From Fistulifera solaris (taxonomy: Eukaryota), in contig AP026176.1 in NCBI GenBank assembly GCA_030295235.1, forward strand, positions 372,001 through 436,000: 64,000 nt of DNA, read 5' to 3'. The translations under genes were made by a program, and so were the position numbers. Positions 48,410 to 60,145 of the stretch are shown piece by piece; position 1 is the stretch's first letter; every line of letters starts with the position of its first letter. The notes under the pieces were generated by a model. That model saw only the letters and a program-made list of their open reading frames with translations, had not been told where the DNA came from and did not search any database.

Positions 48410-49016
48410 GGCAAAAAACACGTTACTTGTTTTGCGTTATGAGCGAACATACCGTTTCGGTTGCTTAAGATAATATTTAGTTGAAACCAAGTTTCGTTCA
48501 TACTCCGGAGTAGATATTTAGGAATTGATACGACATCGAAACCGTAGATAATCGGAACCGCTCGGAGTGAGTAATTTCCGTCAAGCTCCCTGGGACGAAA
48601 ACGTACGGCCTGACAGAAGCTTTTTTTAGGCCGTAAAATATCCCGGTCCGACCCCGGAATCCCTACTGTTAAAAATCAGCCTGAGATAAGTGGTGGTTTT
48701 GATGATCGCGACGACGTTGTCTAACAAGTGCTGGCAGGTCCAACAGCGATCGGCAAAATTTCAAGAAGTCGACTTATTCTAGCCATAAGATCTAAGTACG
48801 ATATGAAGAAAGATGCAAAGGTCAAACAATTAACCCAGAAAGTTGTTCATCGCTTGGTTACCACTCTCCACTTGAGCCGTGCCATCAAAGCACAGAAAAG
48901 AGCCTATAGTCGTCGGTGCCAGATTGATCCGTATATAAATTGTAGGCTAGTCAATTCTAGTTTGAGGTTTGAGCTTTGAGCATGAATTTCGGATTTCGGA
49001 AGGGGCTATTTCTCTA

Positions 49017-49590
49017 AGGGCTGGTTACACGCAGGGACGTCCTGTCGCGATAGGTTCGTAAAGGTACACTCAAGTCTACAGTAATCGAATCATCCAAAAA
49101 ACTCACCACGGTAAAATACCGCACAAATCAATGCTAAACATGATGAGGCGCCGATCGATTAAACAATGCTTTCTTGAAATTGTTTTTAATGTTATCATAT
49201 AATTAGAATTAAGCGGTTCCAATGGATGTTTTAATTTTATCAGAGTCGATTGGTTTGTGAAGAACGGTCATGATTCGATTTTACCCGTGCTTTTTCACCG
49301 TAGAAAATTGACGTGAAACCAGAAAACTCGATCGTAGTGGTGCCATTTTCTCTCATTTCAAGCCAGTTGCTTTCCTACTATAAGAGAATCATATATTTCA
49401 ATTTTGAGAGAAATGCGCTGCCTTTAGCACAAGTTATAGCAACATGAACGGCATTTCACCATGGTCGTCGTGCTTTTATCGCGGCGTAGGTCGATTGACC
49501 AAAACAAGTTTCGACTATAATATCGTAATGTACTAACGTAGAAATATGTACTATTTGAACGAGGGGACCTTCGAAAAAGTAACCAGCCCT
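49017..49590. mobile_element. MITE-like element, 12-bp perfect TIR AGGGCTGGTTAC flanked by TA
   Basis: CTA|AGGGCTGGTTAC at 49014-49028 and GTAACCAGCCCT|TAG at 49579-49593; non-coding interior. Confidence 0.65.
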
Positions 49591-50053
49591 TAGTGGAATC
49601 GCAAAAGCGCAGAAGGTATTAAGGACTTACGGATTACGGCTGTTGATTGGCTTACAAAAGTGTATCTATACGCCCAACGAGAATGATACTGTAGGGGGGA
49701 AGAACAAGAAAAGAACAAGTAGTTCACTTCAAGGGGATAGTCATTAAAGTACATTCTGTCCTTATTCAACGTCAAACTTACCGAATTTGAATCTTGGGAT
49801 CTAGTCGAGCTTCGGAATTCAATGATTAACTTTAGTAAATACTGTATACAAGGAATAAAAATGACTGCATTTCTTCGGAGGATCAACGACGCGCACACAT
49901 ATTTGCGAGATTACGCGGAGTTTTTGACAAAATTGCAGAGCCCGTAGCCACAAATTTCTTTCGCGTGTTCAATTGCTCATCATTCTCATTATATCAACGT
50001 CTTCTCGATAATAGAGGCTTCCAAACGTTCTCTGATCAATACTTTGTAGGAAG

Positions 50054-50512
50054 ATGACAGCAGGAGAGAATATGTTTTTGGAAAGAATAGGGTGTCTCGC
50101 TCGAGGACAGGAACAGGCGAATTCCGAACGGGTTGATGAACGCCGGCATGCAGCGACAATAAGCCAACCACATGCACAGAAAGCAATTGACTGTGCCCGA
50201 TTGCTTCTGGGCTCATCGTTGGATAGACGGAAGGGGAAATCAAGTCTCATTGGGTCATGGATAAGCGTTTCGTCGTTATCGCAGGATTGCGATTCCGAAA
50301 TTTCCGACACCGAAGAAGACAACGATGAAACCAAAGAATCCTTGCTCCGCGACACACGATGGTCCTCCAATCCAAGCTTATCCAATGCACTTTTTCTGAA
50401 GGCATCGTTCAAATCGTTATCAAGCACTGTTACCAGCGATACACCTCTGACTTTGCCCACTCGAAAAAGGAGTCTCAGTGATTTGAAAAGTTTAACGATA
50501 AGTTCGATTTGA
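50054..50512 (+). CDS. Hypothetical Ser-rich protein, possibly of the RW...PxxPxRxxS group (start uncertain)
   Basis: 152-aa ORF with DTRWSS...PLTLPTRKRS. Confidence 0.45.
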   Translation: MTAGENMFLERIGCLARGQEQANSERVDERRHAATISQPHAQKAIDCARLLLGSSLDRRKGKSSLIGSWISVSSLSQDCDSEISDTEEDNDETKESLLRDTRWSSNPSLSNALFLKASFKSLSSTVTSDTPLTLPTRKRSLSDLKSLTISSI

Positions 50513-50654
50513 CATGCTAGCTATTCGCTTACTAAAAGCTTATAGAACGTTTTGGTTCTATCTCATTTCGCTTCTAGAAGTAACGCAGCATAACACCTCG
50601 AGAAAAAACGTAATTGGTCGAAAATCGAATTAAATCTATTACTACTTAATCTCG

Positions 50655-51577
50655 TTACCGTGAGAACGGAAGTAAGTCCGGATTGTTTTTCAAAAATCGT
50701 GTCCACAAAGGATACGCGTCCCTCGGTACATATTCTAATGGCGTAAAGCCACGCTTGTCCATCGTGACCAACAACGAGGGCTCTTCCTGTAACAGCAATC
50801 GCACACAATCAAACTGCGGCTGACCCGTCCAACACGAATCGTGCAATGGATTGCGACCCGAATCACAACAAACGCGGATGGAAATCTTTGCTTCCTGAAC
50901 CAAACAGCGCAGAACATCGTAACTGCCCTTCGCGCTGCCGTGTGCACGACACTTTCTCCAAATTTATTGGAACATTGTAAATTTTGACCCTTTTCTTTCA
51001 AACGACGAATCGTGGCAACATCATTCTCTCGAATGGTCTTGGTTAGGTCAGCGGTGTATCCATCCACATTCCAGGGCATCCAATCCGGTTGCGATTCATA
51101 TGACTGTTTATTCATATTAATGCCCCGTTCTTTGTACATTTCTTGAAGCAATTGGAATGGAGAAGCCGATTGTTGTTCTTTCGGTACTGACGACGTGGTT
51201 TGAATCGCGTACACCATTTTCTTTCGTGCCGGTGCCAACAGATTCGCTTCCGATCGCTGTCGAGATACCACGGCTTGTGTGTTCGCCGGGTCGGTGGAAA
51301 TGGCGTGGGCCAATAGGGGCAAATTGTTGTGACTCGCGACATCGCGTAAACGCCCCATACGAGCTGGAGCGAGAGCGTACAATGCGGATGCCTCCTGAAG
51401 ACTCCTGTACGCTTGATAGATCGAGTCAGAGCTGCTTTCGCTGTTTTCACTGTTATCTTCACTGAAAGATCCATCGGTGGCGGTCGAAGAGACTGTATCA
51501 TTTTCGGTCTCATCTTCTCGCGCTCGCTTGTGAAAGCTCAAACCGGATTCTAACGTATCATTCATATTGTCGTTCAT
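50655..51577 (-). CDS. Ankyrin-repeat protein with disordered N-terminus; frameshift near 50926
   Basis: NKFGESVVHTAARR(G), DSGRNPLHDSCW, DKRGFTPLEY; one extra G joins the two ORFs. Confidence 0.85.
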
Positions 51578-52108
51578 CCTCAACGATGCTCACCCAATGA
51601 TTCATTCAAATATTTGTAATGCAAACTATTCGAATGTGATGGATGGCAGATGATTCTCGTTGTCGTGGAAAAGTGACGGAATTCAAAAGGCCACGTAATA
51701 AATCGCTCGGAGTTTCCCTTCGCGCCGGTCTTGCTATGCCAGTCACAAGGGTGGAGAAAGGCTGATGTCACAAGCGTTACCGAATGATGTGGTGAATGGC
51801 CACCTCAGAAGTACCGAATAAGAGGAAGAATTAAGCCTTTGCGCAAATCAGACGCCGTACAATAGAGATGGATACGCGAATTTCTCCGTCTTTCTTGAAC
51901 TCTCGTATCAGCAACGGTCATTATTGGACATTGAGACATTTTTGCGACTTTGTTGTACTATTTAGACAGAGTGTTTTCAAATGGCGCAAGGAACTCATTC
52001 TTTCATACGCAACTTAAGAAAGATATACAGTAAGCCTTATTATAAGACTTATTGACTTGATGAAAGAAAGGAAAAGAACAAGACTTTCTCGTTCTTTCAA
52101 GAAACTCT

Positions 52109-52528
52109 TTATCCCAGCGACCAACGTGTTCTTCTCGCCAACACAGAACACCGCGCCAAACTCGAACGACAACAACTTCTTCGGATTGCAAATGGTTGGA
52201 TCATAAATTGAACGCAAAGAAAGCCCATCGCATTACGAAGACTAGAAATAAGGTAGAAAATGTTAGAACTCTCCTTCTCATCATTTAGTGTCAATGAAAA
52301 GCAACACCGAATGTCGTCCGCCAATGACTTGTCTTCCCTCTTGTCCATCGCTTCGTCGTCGTCGACATTCCGACGATTCCCTCGGCAAGAAAAAAATGAA
52401 GAGATCGGGTGAGCAACTGCGGGTGGGCGGTCTTCCTCGAACCCATTATAGTTACAAGTCGTTTCTGGCCGAAAATCAGAATGCGACGTTTGAACCAAAT
52501 GAGGTGCTGCCGGCTTATCCAGGAACAT
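52109..52528 (-). CDS. Hypothetical protein
   Basis: 139-aa ATG ORF in an otherwise empty interval; no recognisable motif. Confidence 0.3.
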   Translation of the reverse strand: MFLDKPAAPHLVQTSHSDFRPETTCNYNGFEEDRPPAVAHPISSFFSCRGNRRNVDDDEAMDKREDKSLADDIRCCFSLTLNDEKESSNIFYLISSLRNAMGFLCVQFMIQPFAIRRSCCRSSLARCSVLARRTRWSLG

Positions 52529-52865
52529 GCTCGAATGTGTTTCTTAAGAGAATGAGCCTCGACTTGCAATAATATCCGTCCACGGGTTGCTCGCAACGCA
52601 CTTCACAGTTTTGAGCCGCTCCGGCTACCAACGATTGACTGTTTTTGTTACTTCATAGTTTAATCGAAGATTTAATTCATATTATCATCAATGACTACTG
52701 TTTCTTCGAAATTAATGTGCGTCGAGTTTCCAAGCCTTCTAGTCCCTATTTTGCAAAAGTACGTTGTAGATCTTACGAACATTAATAAATGAATCACGGA
52801 ATTCACAGTCGAACGATCGTCGTGATATACCATGAATTCATAAATATTTTTTTACGCTATCGGTC

Positions 52866-54145
<1,280 letters not shown>

Positions 54146-54937
54146 GATGATGCTTCTGCTTGGTTATTATTAGTATGCTTCGATCTTTATGGTGGTGCGA
54201 ATGCAAATGAACAATAAACCTCTATCGCAAACAAGATCGGCGATGTGGAGGAATAAAATGATGGGTCGTCGTCGTTTCGTGCGTACTTTTTCTCATGTCG
54301 TAGCGCGTCGAAAGTGCTGACGGAGGACCACGAGTGCGTACTAAAGTTGAGTATTATCAGGAAGCATACGTCATCAAAAGGACCAACAATTGGAAGCAAA
54401 CAAAGATACCATGCACGTCTGTCCGTCTGCTTTCGCCACGTCATTGAACGTCAGGATCTCGAAAGGTCAAGAAGGAAATCTTTAACCCTAACTATGCCGG
54501 TGAATAAAATGGTGAAAGACCTAATGACCGTACATTCAAGTTTACTTTACCCTACTCTACGAAACGGGCCCGATACGATACGACCTCCATGAAGATGACC
54601 CCTTTTCACTTTTACTCACTTTTTGACAGACGGACGAGCGCGGTCCTTCAACTTTATCGTCAATCGTCACCACTGCTTTAAAACAGAGATTTATGAGGCT
54701 GCCAACTGTCAACAGCCTACTTGACGCTCAACACTAGAGACTACAATTTCTCAATCAAGTTTTATTCGCGGCCACAGACATAACGAAATGTCATCATTCA
54801 TCCGTCATCACTAAAGGGTCGGCCTCAATCCTCTCTTGAACTTGCGTTTTTCGCTCGGCGTCGATCTTGCTCATTAATTTCGTTAGCCGTAACTAAGTAA
54901 TTGCATCCCGCTGTCAAACAAGTCTGCTCCGTCAAAC

Positions 54938-55463
54938 ATGAAAGCTTTTTTCTTCTTTGATTGCATCCGCTTTCCTTTTCGGTAAGCTTAACACAACTCC
55001 GTATTCTACATTGGGTTTGATCTTTTACTCACGTGCCACCTCGTTGGTATATACAGGCCATGGGTTGGCGATCTTTCAAGAAAGCCAATTCCTTCCCCGT
55101 AGTCTTCTTCCATGCGGAAATCGAGGAGGTAGCGAGCCCGTGAAGAAATGTGACACCTACATTGGTCAGGGCGTATGCGCAAATGAGTTTGAGAGACAAT
55201 ACGACTATTGTTACGGAGCCATCAACGCGCACTCGTTGGAACAGTGTCAGCTCGAGGCGGCAAAGATGGGTGCTATCGGAATGGACTATTACGAAGATGC
55301 GAATGGTACAACACGCTGCCAGCCCCTTTTCGATAACCAAGTTACGAGTACCGAGGGATTTGCGTGTCCTGACGGTTTTCAACTCGAAAAGGTTTGGGAT
55401 GGAACTGGTCCGATTACGAAAGTAAGACCAAGTAGTATCCTCACGTGCTACTCTTGTGAGTAG
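54938..55463 (+). CDS. Small secreted Cys-rich protein, tandem copy 1 (intron 54982-55056; indel in the T-run of exon 1)
   Basis: Signal exon ..IASAFLF, LPRSLLPCGNRG, nine conserved Cys, GTGPI, CYSC terminus. Confidence 0.8.
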
Positions 55464-57029
55464 AGAAAAGGTAGCATTCGCGATAATTTTAGTTCCGTTA
55501 GGAGTCAACAAAACAAAAAATTGTGAATGCATTGCGACATGAGAGCTTTCTTTCTTGTGTAGCCGAAACGTTTTGTTCGACACATTGTGAAAAGCGCGTT
55601 GCATTAGCGCTGGAAAAAAGAATTGTATAGTACGTCAATCATCGATGCCACTGCTTCAACATGTGAGTTCTTCCTGATTTGCGCGAACGACTATTGCCTC
55701 GTTTCATTTCTTCGCTCATTGCCCGTCCCAATCCGTAATGCGGCCTCTAACACTGTGAGATCGCCCAATCCCATCCTGTCGCTCGCCGTTGATCCTGCTA
55801 ATTTCTTCTTTCTTCTTTAGCCTTCTCTTTTCGCTAGTCCGGCATGAAAATTTGCGAGTAAGATTTGCCAAGTAATTCCTGTACCGCAATTTCTTTACTA
55901 CCATTGCAAATCATAGAGCACGTGATTTTTCGTGAGCAGGAGAGTCGAATCATTGATCCTGATCGAATCATTGTTTCACTTGCTGGATCGACGGAAGTCG
56001 TCAGTCGGTCCAGCAGCGCATCACCGATGTCGACAAGTTAGCACGCTTGTAGCCATCTATGTGGGTGCTGTCCTTGTATTCAAACTGATAAAAAGGCAAC
56101 CGCCATGGACTTTTATCACAACTTGTGGAGAAATGTCAACTGAATCCGTTATGTTCTTATCACACAAAACACAACGTTACAAACAATTCGCTGCTTTGTC
56201 AAATGCATTCATCGACTTGAAATTACAAGACGCGTTCCGGCCTTTTCATCGAACGATGGATCATTCGTAAGAATATGTCTCTGATGTTAGGGAGCGTCCG
56301 AAGAAGCTCGTGTTCATGAAAGACAAATATCGTTGTAATTGTAGTCGAATGGAGATCATGGTCGTCGCCTGTAAGCGATCGTTGACAAGTAATATGAATC
56401 TATTGCTTGATGATGCATTAATAATTAAAAGAAGAGGCAATGCAAGATTATCGTATGTTATTGTGTGTCAATGGCGGCCTTCCTCGCGAGATCTTTCTCA
56501 ACGCGTTCGTCGCTCGTCGCTCGTCGCATTGTTTAGGGAACGGTCGAAGGTTAGACACTAAGGATTTCGCGTCGGACCGGTATCCTTAGTAGCCGCAAAT
56601 CGTAAAACGGTCTTTACGTCCGAATCTAGCTAGAAAGTTGGGAGTTGGGATTTGGGATTGTTGGAAGAGCGAATAAACATAGGTCTTAGGTATTTTAGGC
56701 AAGGGGCCCTATACGATAACGACTGTCAGATGACAAATCTTTCTCACTTTTTGACTGCAAACGACAGTCCTTCAACTTTAATAACCACTAAAGTGTTTTA
56801 AGGTGCCAAGTGTTAGTTCTCAACAGACCAACTAGACATTTGGCTCTACTAATACAAAAAATTCATTCGCGGTCACGGACATAGCGACTTTTAAAATACA
56901 TTGTAGGTCCTCTTTCAGGTCATCGCTGATGGCCGGTCTCTCTCTTTGGAGTTCTACGTTTGGTCATCGTGAACTTGGCTCATAATTTTTCTGGGTAGCT
57001 TTTTCGTTTCGTCTCCACCCAAGTTCAAA

Positions 57030-57557
57030 ATGAAAGTGTTCATCCTTTCTACATCTGCTTTGCTCTTTGGTAAGTTTGCAGTAACATCGGTCAACGATTT
57101 ATTTCCAAAGCTGTGTTACTCACGGCACGGAGTTGCGATATATACAGGCCATGCATCCGCCGTTTGGGAGACTAATCAACTTCTTCCGCGTAATTTGCTT
57201 CCATGTGGAAAACGAGGTGGAGGCGGTAATAAGTGCAGCAACCTGATCGGGGTTGGGAGATGCTTGGATGGCACTCAGGCGAAATCGCGCTACCCCAACT
57301 GCTATGCAAGTCGAACGATTACGCCCACATTGGAAGAATGCCAAGCAACGGCCGCCAAGTTGGGGGTTAGAGGAGTGGAATTCTTTGATGATGGAGATGG
57401 AACACAGTGCCACCTTATCTATGATAGCGCCGTATATACGGCACAAGACTTTGCCTGCCCGGAGAACTATTTTAAGGACAGCCGTTACATTGATGGTACT
57501 GGAACGGTAAAAGATGCCGATGCAGAAGTCAATTATGAATGCTATGCATGCCTATGA
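57030..57557 (+). CDS. Small secreted Cys-rich protein, tandem copy 2 (intron 57070-57147)
   Basis: MKVFILSTSALLF, LPRNLLPCGKRG, same Cys spacing, CYAC terminus. Confidence 0.82.
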   Translation: MKVFILSTSALLFGKFAVTSVNDLFPKLCYSRHGVAIYTGHASAVWETNQLLPRNLLPCGKRGGGGNKCSNLIGVGRCLDGTQAKSRYPNCYASRTITPTLEECQATAAKLGVRGVEFFDDGDGTQCHLIYDSAVYTAQDFACPENYFKDSRYIDGTGTVKDADAEVNYECYACL

Positions 57558-57998
57558 AATAATTAAACCTTATCGTTATGAAAAGAAGCTGTGTAACTTG
57601 TTCGCTCATAAATCATGCTAAATAAATGCTGGCGAGAGTAAAATTGTTGTTCCTTTCAAAGTTCTCTTGTGGCTAGTTTCAGGTACCCAGTATTGTCCGG
57701 CAGCATGCGTTGGATCGACGATAACGACTTCATTGACTTCAGTTGCTGGAATTATGATCCTCGATTGTTGCACAAGATTCATAATAAAGCCCATCGTCCA
57801 GTTTTCGACTTCGGCGAGAGGCAGCAACAAATTTTCCTGCGATGCAATAATTTTCTGTTTATGTTGCACGTCGGACCGGTATCGGTAAGCAATACTGTAT
57901 TCAAACGTCAGAGGAGCACCGCTGCGAGAGGCGAGCGGCGACTTCCATTCTCTAAGGCCCTCTCTTCTTGGTGCAAGCCAAGATTAGCGGATGTGCAG

Positions 57999-58421
57999 TA
58001 TAGTTCGACAAGCGTCTCAAGACGTAAATACAATACACCATATCTATGGTATTAATACGTGTATTGACGTATTCGGAATATTCTCAATACATGTATATGT
58101 AGTTGGTCAGTACGGGACTTAGGATGTCGGGACTGGCTGGTGGCTGACATTCCCTGACTATGTGATGTTAGTTTGAACCATTTTTACCATAAAATTCAAT
58201 CAAATCAACGTTATTTATTTGATTTTTCTCTCGCCTGCGGCCTGCGGCGGGCCCCTTCAGAGCTCAGGGAGACCAAGGCGGCGCCCTCGGCGCTTCGGCG
58301 CCTCGGGATTTGAAATCTGATGGGCGCTTACCTGGTACTCGCCCAGCAGTTCAGTCTCAATAGGGTATTAAGACGGTATTACGTATTCAAAAATCTCAAT
58401 ACGTGTATTTGTCGAACTATA
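57999..58421. mobile_element. hAT-type MITE (423 bp), 13-bp perfect TIR and 8-bp perfect TSD
   Basis: ATGTGCAG|TATAGTTCGACAA ... TTGTCGAACTATA|ATGTGCAG; subterminal AATACGTGTATT-like repeats. Confidence 0.92.
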
Positions 58422-58962
58422 ATGTGCAGCGACGTAAAAGTCTTTTTAGACATAGGTAATACCTATTAATCCATGTGTTATATATATTTATTTTCAAGTC
58501 TATTTTCACTTGTCGCTACTGTACTGAAGAAAGTACTTTCTAAGCGGTCTTTTGTCACTTTTTCCAAAAAGACTGTCTTAGGTCGTAGGTTTCACCTTAA
58601 CTTTTAGCGTACGTAGGACATAGGGCTCTATCGTCAATCTTCAAGCGTCATCTGTCCTCTGTCATCTGTCATCTGCTATCTGCTTTACGTACTTTGTATT
58701 TTGTATCTGCTGGACGTTGCACGTTGCACGGCTTCCGTTTACCGTTTATTCGCTGCAAGCTGCAAGCTAACAGTCCACAGTAGGACACTTTTGCTAATCC
58801 GTATCTCGGATGTCACTTGTCACTTGTCGGTTGTAGAACACCCAACAGAATTCCTTTAGGCTAATCTCCTCCTCTCGTTTCTATTGTTTGCTCCATTCTT
58901 TTCCTCGAACATTCAAGAAAACCAGTTCACCAGTCTTCCGAAGCAACTCCGATTTGCGCAAC

Positions 58963-59490
58963 ATGAAACTTTCATCCCCCTTTATTATTTCCGCTTTCCT
59001 TTTTGGTAAGTTGATCAACCTTGGCGTGTCCTGATTTGTATTGTCCCTCTCAATTTGCTCGCACACGGATCGTTTTGCAGAAAGCGGAGATGCGATCTTT
59101 GCAGACCAAATCCCTCTGCGCAAGCTCCTCCCTTGTGGCAATCGTGACGATGGTGGCTTCGTGCTAGGTTGTACCAACTACATAGGACTCGGTGCATGCT
59201 GGGACAAGGATAACTGGCGTTATGACTTCTGCGCTGGGGCTGCCAATGCGTACACGCTTGAGGAATGCCAGGAGTTGGCGGAGAGTTTGGGAGTGATTGG
59301 ACTTGACTATTTCACAAGTGAAGTTGACGGGAGAACGTTGTGTCATCTTATTTATGATGATGTGGTTACGTCGGATCCAGGTTTTACGTGCCCGCAAGGT
59401 CTTACTCCCGACAAGAATCTCCCTGCAACAGGGCCGATTGCCAAATCGAACGGCTGGACTCACACTAAGTGCTACCATTGTCACTATTAA
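58963..59490 (+). CDS. Small secreted Cys-rich protein, tandem copy 3 (intron 59006-59080)
   Basis: MKLSSPFIISAFLF, IPLRKLLPCGNRD, same Cys spacing, CYHC terminus. Confidence 0.82.
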
Positions 59491-60145
59491 AAAAACCTTC
59501 CATTTAATTTAACCGATAATTCGGATGTAGCCAAGGTCGTCTTCAGTAGATTGTGTATGATGACAAATTGATCCATTCATAGCACCCTCACTTTTGACTC
59601 CAGAAGTCGTATCGACCAGTTCTTCGTTAAATTCGGCTCCATAAGGGGTTTTATAAAAAAAAAATAAAGCGATACGCGACCCCGACATGTTTCTCCTGTG
59701 AATGGCGGTCTCCTTACGAGTTTTTTGGAATTGCTTCGGTGAATGCACCTTAACATAAGCTCTTTCCATCCGTGTGTTTACAATGATTGTTAGCCCTTGA
59801 CTTTTGATCCGCACCTCGTCAAACTTGCGTTGCAGAAAGAAATACTAGCGCTTGTTACTCGAGGACGAAGAAGAAGTTTGCTAAATGTAAGCTGTTCGTT
59901 GGTCGCTTGATCAAATACTTTGTATTAACTCATTTCATCCTTCATCTATTGTCCCGCCCCGTCAAAAATATTCCAGTCTTTTAGAGGCACCGCGAGTTCG
60001 CCTTGTCCGATACGCACGTGATTTCACGTTATTGTACCCAGTTGGCCATCACCATTTCTTATAGTTGGCAATCGTTTAAGCGTCGTAACTGAAATTTGAG
60101 ACGCTAAAAAAGGCGATTAAGTTGCACGCACACAGCAAGCACACG

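Larger units (their letters stand above)
46239..48681. mobile_element. ~2.4-kb non-autonomous DNA transposon with ~50-bp imperfect TIRs (PIF/Harbinger-like ends)
   Basis: Left GGTCCATTCTTAACAGTAGGGATTTCGGGGTGGGACCGGGATTTTTAGGCC (46239-46289) vs right GGCCGTAAAATATCCCGGTCCGACCCCGGAATCCCTACTGTTAAAAATCAGCC (48629-48681); TGA on both sides; AT-rich interior without a long ORF. Confidence 0.75.
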
